From the human T2T-CHM13v2.0 reference genome, Homo sapiens, in the NCBI RefSeq assembly GCF_009914755.1, contig NC_060937.1: a stretch of 64,000 nt of DNA. The stretch is one strand, 5' to 3'. The notes beneath the pieces are model-generated. The model was given only the letters and a program-made list of their open reading frames with translations. It searched no databases and was not told the origin of the DNA. The first letter of the stretch is position 1. Every line of letters begins with the position of its first letter. Of this stretch, positions 12,880-25,245 are shown piece by piece. Both the position numbers and the translations under genes were made by a program.

Positions 12880-14660
12880 AGAACTGAACACCAACAGATC
12901 CAAGAAGCTCAACAAACTCCAGGCACAGGAAACAGTTTTTTTTTAAATAAAGGACATTTTATAATCAAATTACTTAAAACCAATTGTGAAGAGAAAATCT
13001 TAAAAAGAACTAGAAGTGGGTAAAGACCCACATTACAAACTGGAAATCAAAAATAAGAATAATCAAAGGCTTCTTATTGAAAATAAAGAAAGAAAACAGG
13101 GTAATATCATTTTTAAAGCAGTGATATTAAAAAAACAAAAACAACTATCAGGTTTGGGAGAAAGACTGAGATAGTCTATGAAAAACTTTTAGATGCTAAG
13201 AACGAAGCATAAGATATTTAAACAGATGTATAAAACAATGTGACAAAATCCAACACTCATTCATGATTTAAAAAAAAAAAAAACAACACAAAACTCCTAG
13301 CAAACTAAGAATGGAAGAAAACCTCCTCAATCTGATCAAGGGAATCTAGAAAAAACATTTACATTATACTGAGTGGTAAAAGACTGCATGCTTCCCCCTA
13401 AGATCAGGAACAGTCAAGGATGTCCACTCTCATCACTTCTATTCAACATTGTACTGAAGGTCCCAACGTGTGCAAAAAGGCAAGAAAAAACATACAAAAG
13501 GCATACAGATTGGGAAATCAGTGTAACTGTCTTTATTGACAGATGGCATGATAATCTATGAAGAAAATTCTAAGTAGTTTACAAAAAAGCTACCAGAATT
13601 AGCAAGTAGGTTTAGCAAGGTTTCTGTATATGAAGTCAATATGCAAAAACAATTGTATTTCATATACATGCCAGAAACAAAAATTGCAAATTATTTTTTT
13701 AAAGATAGGGTCTTGCTCTCTTGCCCACGCTGGAGTGCAGTGGCATGAGCATGGTTTACTACAGCCTCGAATTCCTGGGCTCAAGTGATCCTCCCACCTC
13801 AGCCTCCCAAGTAGCTAGGACTACAGGCATGCACCACCGCACCTGGCTAATTTTTTTTTGTAGACACAGGGTCTCACTGTGTTGCAGAGGCTGGTCTCAA
13901 ACTCCTGGCCATCCGCCTGCCTCAGGCTCCCAAAATCTTGGGATTTTGAAATGAAATTTTATTTTAAAAAGTATAATTTCCTATAATATCTAAAAGAATG
14001 AAGGATGATTTTAACCAAATATGTGCAAGATTTGTACACTGCAAACTACTTTCATGGCTGAAACTTTCATGGCTGAAAGAAATTAAAGAGGACCTAAATA
14101 CATAGCCACTAATACCATGTTTATGAATCAGAAGATCCTATATTGTTAAGAAGTAAATTCTCCCCAAATTTAGTTCTAGATTCCACACAACCCCAATCAC
14201 AATACCAGCAAATGTAGAAATTGACAAGCTCATCCTGTGGAAATGCAAAGCACCTAGAATAGCATAAACAACTTTGAAAAAGAACAAAGTTGAGAATGTG
14301 TTTTGAAGACTTATTACAATTCTACAGTAGTTAAGACAGTGTGGTATTAGCAAAAGGATAGACTGTGAACTCAATAGAATAAAATAGAAAGTACAGAAAT
14401 AGACCCACAAATGTATGCTCAATTAATTTTTAGCAGAGTTTTCAGGGTAATTCAATAGGGAAATGATAATCTTTTTAACAGCTGTTGCTGGAGCAATTGG
14501 ACAGCCATATGCAAGACCTTGACTCTTTTCACATATCATGAACAAAAAATAACTCAAAATTTATTATGGACTGAAATGTAGGAACTCAAATTTATGTAAA
14601 TGTAAACATAAAATTAGTGATTTTATTGTATATAAGCTATAACTCAATAACTTGTTTAAA
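12880..14660 (+). mobile_element. Old L1M fragments (ORF1/ORF2), interrupted by an Alu
   Basis: ORF2-like text (QGCPLSSLLFNIVL; 'agacagtgtggtatt', 'cagaaatagacccacaaat') with many disablements. Confidence 0.8.
13691..13945 (-). mobile_element. AluJ (partial left arm)
   Basis: Antisense Alu with J-type 'tcctgggctcaagtgatcctcccacctcagcctcc'. Confidence 0.9.
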
Positions 14661-15526
14661 TATTTTCATTTTTCTACAACACATATTTTGTTTCTTTTGT
14701 TTATATTGAGTGCTAAAAGAATGAGTTAAAATTCTCTTCTCATAGAAAGCTAGTATTTTACAAAGACCCGGTTCAAATCATAATCTCATCTAGCATTTGT
14801 CCTAGGAAAGTCTTATAGATTAAAAATCTGTTTCCTAAGAAACACAGAATTGCATATAATGTTTCAGTTTTTCAGGAGGGTTCCTATATGCATCCACTAT
14901 ATCCACTAAAAGCTTCATATATCACTGAACTTGGCAACAGCTATATAAGAATTATAATTCCAAACAATTCTTTATATAGTTACCTCAAGAGATTTGTTTA
15001 TGAAACACTTCAACAGCAAATATCTCAAGGTAAAATTGAACAACACAAAAATAAGAAACTGATAGAAGAACTCTGCTTTAGTAAAGCCAAACTGCCCCCT
15101 CGGTAAATATTTATTAAGCACCAAGCTCACATATATGTCATAGAAACCGATGATGATGTAAGCTTTGGCCCTCCCCAAAAACCAGCAACCAAGCCATTCC
15201 TGCGAAAACTGGTATTTATTACTGAACCATGGGCTGCTGTTCTGTTAACAATATCTGAATGTGATCCTGCCTGATATGGTTGTTGATATGTTGCATGACT
15301 TCCTAAGTAACTGGTTGTTAATCACGTCAAATGGAAAAATAACACTGCCAGGTGTGAGGTGAATAAAAACTGTAACTATTATTGTCATACTCTTGGAAGA
15401 GAAGCCTTCTCACTTTCTGATCTTCCTTAAGAAGAAAAGAAAATAATAGATACAAGTCTGGAATTCTCCGACCACTTTCATGGTGTTCTTCAAAGTGTGG
15501 CTATGACATTTGGAAATCTCTCATTG

Positions 15527-15891
<365 letters not shown>

Positions 15892-16258
15892 CCCAGTTTA
15901 TTCCTCTTAACTGTTCTCCACTGTACATGTTCACCTTATAAGTGTTTGTCACTGATTGCTCTACTGCGTAGGTTCTTTCTCTCAGCACATCCACCTTTCA
16001 TATACTGTGTTGTTAGGCACACAGCAGTAACGACGTGTCCCCCTGCCAGTCCGATCTTCCTAAGTCATATCATATTAGATGACATATATATTTTATATCT
16101 ATAATATAATAATGAATAATATGTATCTTAAATATGGCTAAGTGAACATCATGGATAGACTTGGAGATGTACAGAATAGAGGGAAGTATCTCCAGCCTCA
16201 GGAGGCTTGTGGAAAGCAAAGGAAGTTCAGATTCTAGACAGCTAGCTGTGCTCCATTT

Positions 16259-16308
<50 letters not shown>

Positions 16309-16316
16309 TATACATA
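16259..16316. repeat. Compound (TA)n(CA)n microsatellite
   Basis: Read directly from the sequence. Confidence 0.9.
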
Positions 16317-17084
16317 TAAAAACTTCAGGCCACTGTTGGCACCAGCCAGTGAAATCATTTCTCTCTCCAGTACCTCAGCCCCTGTCTCGGCTGCCTTCCT
16401 CAATCCCTTTCAGATCCCTTGGTCCTTGGTAGAGCCCGGGGGGCTCCTAACATAATGCCTTAGAGCAATTATCCTTGCATGCATCTGCCTTGGAGGTGGC
16501 TCTGTGATTTAATAGAGAATCTCAGTCTTTCTCTGGCTCTGTGCTTGAAAAAGTCTAGTTATTTGACCTCATCAATTTGATTGAAATGAGCTACTCTAGA
16601 TCCCATGAAAATATACGACCATTTCAACATTTTCACAGAGTTTAGTGTTTTATTTTCCCCATTCATTTGTTAACTCTGTATGCCTTAAATACCCATTTTG
16701 AAATCCATAGTATTGTACTGAAGGATCCAGCTAATTTTCAGCATATAATTATTGTATGACTTCATAAGTAACTGGTTGTTAATCGTCTTAAATGGAAAAA
16801 TAACACTGCTGGCTGTGAGGGGTGATTTTTCTTTTCCGCTTCTTTTCCTTGGGTTTACCCAGTTGAAGCCTGTGTATGCTAGCCACATAATAAATGCTCA
16901 TTAGATAGTGATCTGATATTAACCGTATGTGACCCTAGTACCTTGAGTGACTTACAATTTTAATGACTTTTAATGAATATCTCCTACTATGTAACACCTG
17001 AATGATTTTAAAATTTTAATTCATTTCTCTTTAGCTTTTCAATCCCTTTATTCTTAAAGTATTTTAAGGAAATATTTTTGCAAG

Positions 17085-17680
17085 TGAAACTCCTTGTTTC
17101 CCAGACTGCACCTCTTTCCTGCATTCTGAAGTCTGTTTCCACCTGCTGGCTAGACATTGCTGTCTGGATGTTCCTCAAGTTTCTCAGGCTCAGCACATGG
17201 AAATACTCAACATCATCCTGATCAAATGCTCCTCTTCGTAAGTCTGTTATTCAGTGGCTCAATCCAGAGACCTGAGAATCACCGGAGACTTCTCTCTCTC
17301 CCCCTTCCTCCCATGACTCATCATCCCATCAATTCTTCCTCCAAAATACATCTCACATCTGTTTCCTCTCCTCATTCCCCCTGCCACGCTGTTGGTTCGT
17401 GCCTTCTTAGATGAATGCAATACATCTTACAGGTCTTCCTGCCTTCAGGGTCTGTCCTCTCCAGCACACCCTCTCCATGGGTCACGCCAACCTATTCTCC
17501 CCTCATTGATTCGAGCTTTGCAACTACTCTCCCTTTCCCACCACGTGAAGTCTACATTTCTTCCCATGGCTTAAAAGGTACTTCACATGCTCCACTTCTA
17601 CTTGCACGCCATGCCCTCCCACAGACCCCTTCACTCCAGCCTTCTACATATGCCACACCCCCTCATATTTCATCTTAAAT
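17085..17680 (+). mobile_element. L2 fragment
   Basis: 'cacctgctggctagacattgctgtctggatg..ctcaggctcagcacatggaaa' resembles the L2 consensus and is followed by C/T-rich text. Confidence 0.65.
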
Positions 17681-17907
17681 GTAAACTCCAAATTTCATGA
17701 ATGAACCCATCAATAAATGAAATAAAAATATGCATCCTGACTGTCCCAGGATTGCCCAAAGAGGAGCAGAGTTAACTTGGATATTCAGAGATTCATCTGT
17801 GTATTGAATAGTTGGGGCTTTGCTTCTGCTCACTAATTCTTTCATCCAAAATGAACTGTTTAGGGCATCCTGGGGAAGATGTTTTTATCCTGCTAACTCT
17901 TGGGAAT

Positions 17908-18327
17908 AGGAGGAGGAAGTGGCTGGCAACTGAAGGCTGGAACACTTGCTACTGGTAATCGCAGCTTTTAACGTTGCACCTCTTTAGATACTTGAAGAAT
18001 TCTCTGTTTTGGTTCCATTTTGTACACTTTTGAAAAATAATCTAAAGAAATGAGCTGTGCTCATAGGGCTTCATAGCTCCCAAGAATTAAAAAAAAAAAT
18101 TCACTCAATCAACTTAATTCCCTTTTCTTTATCTTCCCTCCCTCGTTCTCTTTCTGTTCCACTCTCTTTTCTAAGCTGTTTCACTTTGCAATACCTTGCT
18201 GGTAAAGAGTTGCAAAATAATGCAATCTTGACTTGTTTTCTCCTAAGTATTTGATTTAAAACTCCTGTATCTAAAGAAATACACTTGGGGTCATTAATAA
18301 AGAAAATCTTTTTATCTGAAAAAAAAA
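17908..18327 (+). pseudogene. 5'-truncated processed (retro)copy, essentially a 3'UTR; parent not identified
   Basis: Non-repeat, mRNA-like sequence with a possible last-codon run GAG GAG GAA GTG GCT GGC AAC TGA (EEEVAGN*). AATAAA at 18296-18301, then 17 nt, then A9 at 18319-18327. Confidence 0.65.
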
Positions 18328-19129
18328 TTCCCAAGAGTTAGTGGGATGAAAACTTTTCTGCATGCTTCAGGCAGCTGTCAGAACGAAGGAAATGAGGTAA
18401 TCGAGAAACGGAGCACAGATCAATGTTTACACTCACGCAAAAGGCGAGATAGGAGAAGAGAGAGAGAGGAATGGTCATTGTGGGTGTTTGAGCTCAGATG
18501 AGGGCCCCTGTGGGCTCAACCAGGTCTGTGTTTTATAATCCTATCAAATGTAGAGCTGGCATAATGAATTCAAAATGAATTTAGATAAAAATGATTTGTG
18601 ACTTTTCACTTTAAATCAAAGCTCATTACCCAGCAATATATATGGCTGGCACTCTATAAATAAAAATACATTTATTCAGGGTAAACTTAATACACAGACT
18701 TAGAAATTTAAACAGCCCCCAATAATGTTCTAATTTATTTTATGTTCCCTGAAGTTCTATAATGAAGGCACTAAAAGATCATGATACATATGCCTTAGAA
18801 AATAGCACCTGTTGACTAAATGCATATTGAGGTTCAGTCACATTACACAGAATTTCAGAAAGACAAAGGAATTTAGTTAATGTTCAGGAATCGTTTTGTG
18901 AATAATAAAAGGAATGCCAGCTCTGGAAGTAATCTTTGAATAATTCACTATAAGAAACTTGGGAACAGTATATAATGTAGAACACATTCCAAAAGAAGAA
19001 AAGCTCTGCAAAGAAAAAATAAATTTGTGTATTCATTTATTCAGTATACACAGCACATGCCTCTAGGCCAATCACATCAGTTTTAGCCTTGTAAAACTAA
19101 GCATTAAACTGATGATTTCCAGATTTATC

Positions 19130-19993
<864 letters not shown>

Positions 19994-20269
19994 ATACCCG
20001 AGGATGCTCTCAGTTTCACACAGAAGCAAGAATCTGTTTTACTTCCTTCTACCCTTTAGACTTACTTTGGCGTGTGTGCCTTGATACCACCGGGAGAATA
20101 GCTGACACTATTTCCTAATCTCTCAATCCATCAATCAAGATGGACAGAGCTGAGGTTTCACCTAATGACCTTCACAACTCAGATTGTTCCCTTCCCTGAA
20201 ATGCTATCAAACTTTTGGTCTGCATTTTTCATTTTGGTTCTTACCTAACTTCTTAGTATTCATATATCT

Positions 20270-21100
20270 TGTGCATGACTTTATTTTACACTCCTGTTAA
20301 AAGATCGTTTTGTTGGGTGCACAATCTTTAGTTGTCAGTAATTTTTTCTCAGAACTGTGAGCATTACTACACTTCTTCTGGCTTCCATTGCTGTTGTTGG
20401 CAAGTCTACTAACATTCTAATTTTCCCTTTGTAGGTGGTCTGTCTTTTCCCTCTGGTTTCTTTTATATTATACAATTTCAAAACTGAATGTCTAAATATG
20501 GATTCATTTTATTTGCCCTGCCTAGTAGATGTTGTCCTTGCTATATCTATAAATTCTTGTATTTTATCAGTTCTAGAAAATTCTCAATAATTATCTCCTG
20601 AGATATTATCTCCTCTTCTTTCTCACTAGTTTCTCCTATGGGGACTATAATTAGCTGTATGTTGAAATTTTTCCTGCTTTCCTCCTAGTCTCTTCTTTCA
20701 TTTTTTTTTTCATTCCCTGTTTATCTATGCTGCCTTCTGGGAAGTTTCTTCACTCCCTTACTTCCATTTACAACTTATTTTCTCAACTATGTTTTGACAG
20801 CTCTTTACCCTATCCACTGAGTTTTAAAATTTTAGGAACATATTTTTCATTTCTGAAAATTCTCTTTGTTGCTTTTTGATAGTTTCTTATTCCTTAATTA
20901 TTCTTGTGATTGCAGTCTTTAAATATTTTACATTCCATAACTGATCATTTCGATATTTGAAGTACATGGGGTTCTAAATTTATTGCTTTGTTTCTGTCAA
21001 CTTTTACCCATATGTCCTCGGTTGATCTTTGATAATGAGCTAATATTTAGTTGATTTTAACCTGGATAAAATCTAGGGGTTTCAATTAAGAATATTTTTC
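20270..21100 (-). mobile_element. Old L1M/L1ME fragment
   Basis: T-rich antisense L1 ORF1-like text ('cttcttctggcttccattgctgttgttggcaagtct', 'ttctagaaaattctc'). Confidence 0.65.
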
Positions 21101-21603
21101 TTATACAGTGTGCATTTCTTTTGCAATGGTGCTACAGGACACCGCCTTTCATGTCTTTAGCCTGATCCTTCGTGGAAGCTTTGGCTTAGCTCTCAGATTT
21201 GGACACTGACTCAAGGCCTAAAAGTTGTAGTGCTGATATCTGCATTTTTTGCAAACGAATCTTGCCTTTTACATTTGTTCACTCTGCTCCATTGCCATTT
21301 CAGCATTTGGTTCTTATTTTTGTCATGTATTTTCCCTTTAGACTCGATTCCCCTCATTTTGAAGACTGCAGAAATGCAACAAAATTTTTTTATGCAGGAG
21401 CTGTTACAGTATTTTCAAGTAAGAAGTCTTTTCAGTGTATCTAATCTACCATACTGCCAGTAGTGGATGTCTCAGGGTTATTTTTTACTCTGGGTTCGTG
21501 GCTATGCTCCTAATAATTGAGCTTGCCAAGAGTTGAAATTCCCAGACAAATGGAGCATGACTTAAATTATTTAAAATTTAGAACATCAAAGTTAGAACAC
21601 TTA

Positions 21604-21890
21604 AGCCCAGGCATGGCGGCTTATGTTTATAATCCCAACACTTTGGGAGGCTGAGGTGGGAGGACTGCTTGAGCCCAGGAGTTCAAGACCAGACTGGGCA
21701 ACACAGGGAGACCCCACGTCTACAAAAAATGAAAATAAAAAATTAGTGGATGTGGTCACATACACCTGTGATCTCAGCTACTCAGGAGGCTGAGGTAGAA
21801 GGATTGTTTGGGCCTGGGAGGTTGAGGCTGCAGTGAACAACGATAGCACCACTGCACAAGACCCTGTCTAAAAAAAGAAAAAAAAAGAAA
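21604..21890 (+). mobile_element. AluJ
   Basis: ggaggactgcttgagcccaggagttc; A-tail; internal right-arm deletion. Confidence 0.9.
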
Positions 21891-24599
21891 CCTTCATTTA
21901 GACTTTCTTGATCAAAATGGACCCTGTGCCAGAACTAGTTTGCTCAACTGATGGACACACTGTGTTGACTATGCTGATGAGATCATGTGATTGTTAGGTT
22001 TGCTGTGCCCACAGGGTGCAAATAAATCTTACTGAATAATGACAATGCTATAAACTCACACATAAAGGCTAATATATAGCTATAATCACAAATACTTAGC
22101 TAGTATGGCTGAATTCCTCAGATTTTACTATAACTTGATTTATGATAAGGAGGCTATTCAAGTGAGCATTGACATTATTGGCCTGCTATCATGAGCTTGG
22201 GATTCTGATGTTTATTATTCTATAATTTATCTTTTTGAGGACAGATATTATCTATTCATATAATTTGTTCTTTGAATATCACTATGTCTTGTTTTCCCCA
22301 AAACAGAAAGTGATACTAACTGCTAATGGATCAGGTTTTGTGAATAAGAGGCTATATAAAGTGAAAAGGCTATAGAAGTGAGAAATGTTTACAAGGCTAT
22401 ACTCTCATTAAGTAGAGTAAGTGTTTAGTAAATATCTTAATTGAAAACATTAATTTGGCAAGGTAATGAATTATAGCCTATATAAAAAACAATCACACAG
22501 TTATGAAAATGTGTTAAAATTAGGGTTTCTGACCATTTTTAAGTAAATTATGTTCTTGATTTAAGAATTTTATATTTAACAATGGTTTCCAAGATGTACA
22601 CAAAAATTACAGTAGAAGCTAAGAAAATGTCTGTGCCCTCCCCCCATCACATAGAACTAGGTAATTAGTACTTTCAGTAAATAAATTCCCTTCAATTAGC
22701 CAGAATTATATTGAATTGTGCTATATAGTAAATAATATATTCACATGAGGTTTTATAGTATTATTGCTAAAAGTATGGGTCCTACCAACAGGTGACTGGA
22801 ATGAAGGGATGAGCTGATTCAGGCAAGGATCAATAAAAAACACTTGCGCAGATTCGAAGTTGCTATCGAGTGAGAATCAGTCTGCACAAGTCTTTCATCT
22901 CAGCTCTGCATGAAGCACTCCTTGGAACCTCCTTACCAACTGTGGCTTTAAGAATAGACTACATTCATTCACTCTTATTTAAACACATACATTATATCCC
23001 TGTGTACATGTCAATCATTTCAGTTTCGGTGCAAAAGGCTGGATATTCACACCAGATAAGTCAAAGTTAAAACATATTAAATGAAATGGTATTTCAAAGC
23101 TTGCATGCTCTACCTTTAAAAACCAGTGAGCCAAAGATGTTCCTATTATTTATAATTATTGATTTCTGAAAGTTTGTGTTAATACATTTCAAAGATTAAC
23201 ATTGAAAAGCCTAACAGAAAGGAATAACGATTCAACTTTTTGGCAATGTAAATCTATTGCTAGGGCTCGATATCATGAATAAATCTTAACTAATTTCTTT
23301 GACATCTTGACATTTCTTATTTCTCCAAAAATTACATTTTCATAGAAAATATATTTATACTTCAAATAGACTTATGATGGTATTTAATTGCACTTAAAAA
23401 CTCATGCTCAAAATTTCAGTACCAGAAACTAGCATCCATCATCTCGACAGCAAAACACAAAACGTAAGAAAAACTAATCATTCCTTTAAGTGAAATAAGG
23501 CAATTTTTACCTAAAAAGACCTTGAGGTTAGTGAGGGAAAAAAAGATGCTTGAAATGTAAGAAAAGATCCTGAAGTATTTCTTTTCATCTTTATTCTCTC
23601 TGTTGCTTTTTCTTTTGATTTGAAAGATCAGATGAGACCACATATAAATATGTCTGGGAGGTGTCTTAGAGAACTTAACTCACTTCTTAAAAAGAGAAAA
23701 GAACTAAATACATTATGTGATAAATAAAGTATTTTTTATTGTACATTCTGTTTGAATCCTTGTTCTCTCAAAGGCTAGAATGAAAGAAAGAACAAGGAAA
23801 ACCCCGTGTTTTATGATTTGTGACGATAATAGTCACCACAAGGTAGTTTTTTTCAGTGTTGTTAGGACACAGTTAACGACAACATATAAGAGAATCTGCA
23901 TCGTTCAGTCACAAAATCTTCTCTTCAAATCAGAACTACAAACTGTATTCTAGATAGATATTTCCCTGTTAGTAAAATATAAACTCAGACATGGAAATTC
24001 TACATCTTTTTGGAGAAGTCTTAATGATTACACTAGGATCAACAGAATCCTACAACCAAAAGTCAATTTTTATACTTTTAACTTGTACTAACTATGCTGT
24101 TGAGAAAGCTGCTTTCAGGATGTAAGAACTAAATTATAATTAGTGTTTTCTAATAGGTGTGCAATACAGAGCTGGAAGCAAGAATAAAATTATTCACTTC
24201 AAGAAAAAGGAATATGATTATGCGGGAAGTATGTGAAGTGAAAATATTGTATGAATGTTTTACAGTAATTATTTAACACAATGCCATATATTTAAATTAT
24301 CTTTTCATATGTCATTTGAAAACATTTAGGTACATTTGAATAGAAGTGGGTGTTCTTTGTGTATCTGTCAATAAGTAGTTTTTTACATTTGTTTATTGCA
24401 TGAAAATATAATTGTAAAGGGTTTCATAGCCTATTCAGTGTAAGCCTATATCCTTCATATTTGAGAACTTCGATGTTTGGATTTAAACAGAGCAAATTGT
24501 TGTACATGCTTTGGAGGAAAAAAATTTTTAAGTGATTAAAAAATATTTCTTATCAGATAATACCAAAGTCCTATTATACCTTCTTTTACACACCATAAT

Positions 24600-24820
24600 G
24601 AATTAGTGATCAAGAACACAACTGTAGATTTAAACTAAAAGAAACAAAAAAGAAAGAACAAAAAAGACAGGCTGCATAGTGACAAGAATCCATCTCCCTT
24701 CATGCCAGTGAGGTTCTAGCTGTGAGCATGCTCAGAACATGGGAGGCACTGAACTTACTACATCAGAACTCCTGCTGAGGTATAAGAGGATACGTCTAAT
24801 AACTCAATTGCTGTAAACCT
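24600..24820 (+). promoter_or_regulatory. RXFP2: RXFP2 proximal promoter / 5'UTR (CpG-poor)
   Basis: Called by position immediately 5' of the exon 1 ATG in unique sequence. There is no CpG island, and the TSS cannot be determined from sequence alone. Confidence 0.6.
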
Positions 24821-24914
24821 ATGATTGTTTTTCTGGTTTTTAAACATCTCTTCAGCCTCAGATTGATTACAATGTTCTTTCTACTTCATTTCATCGTTCT
24901 GATCAATGTCAAAG
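24821..24914 (+). CDS. RXFP2: RXFP2 exon 1 (signal peptide)
   Basis: [31 protein letters not shown]+G; donor AAG|gtaagg; 94 nt, phase 1. Confidence 0.97.
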
Positions 24915-25245
24915 GTAAGGTTGCTACTTTCTCGTTTTAAATGAGTGCAATTCCCAAAAAATACATTTCTATGTAGTTCTATGGCAGTTGTAATAAATAT
25001 ATTGGGGTGTTTAAAAAAAAAACAGACATCAAATTTGCCTGGTATTTGTCATTATCTTTCATTGCTTGTAGTCCCACACAGCCTAGTAATTTTTAGATGC
25101 AACAAATTTTTCATGGAAACAAGCCTTTGTATGTTATTAAAGCTGTAGATAAAATATGTCAAAAAACAATGTTGACTATATCAATTAAAACATAGAAAAC
25201 ATTTTTGGCATTTGTTCTGAAAAGTGTGACAAATTAATAAACTAA

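Noticed and set aside
14048-14077. 15-bp tandem duplication (actttcatggctgaa x2)
   Set aside because: An ordinary slippage duplication inside a dead L1.
24781-24786. TATAAG as the RXFP2 TATA box
   Set aside because: It is only 40 nt from the ATG, is an imperfect match, and probably lies in the 5'UTR. This cannot be settled without TSS data.
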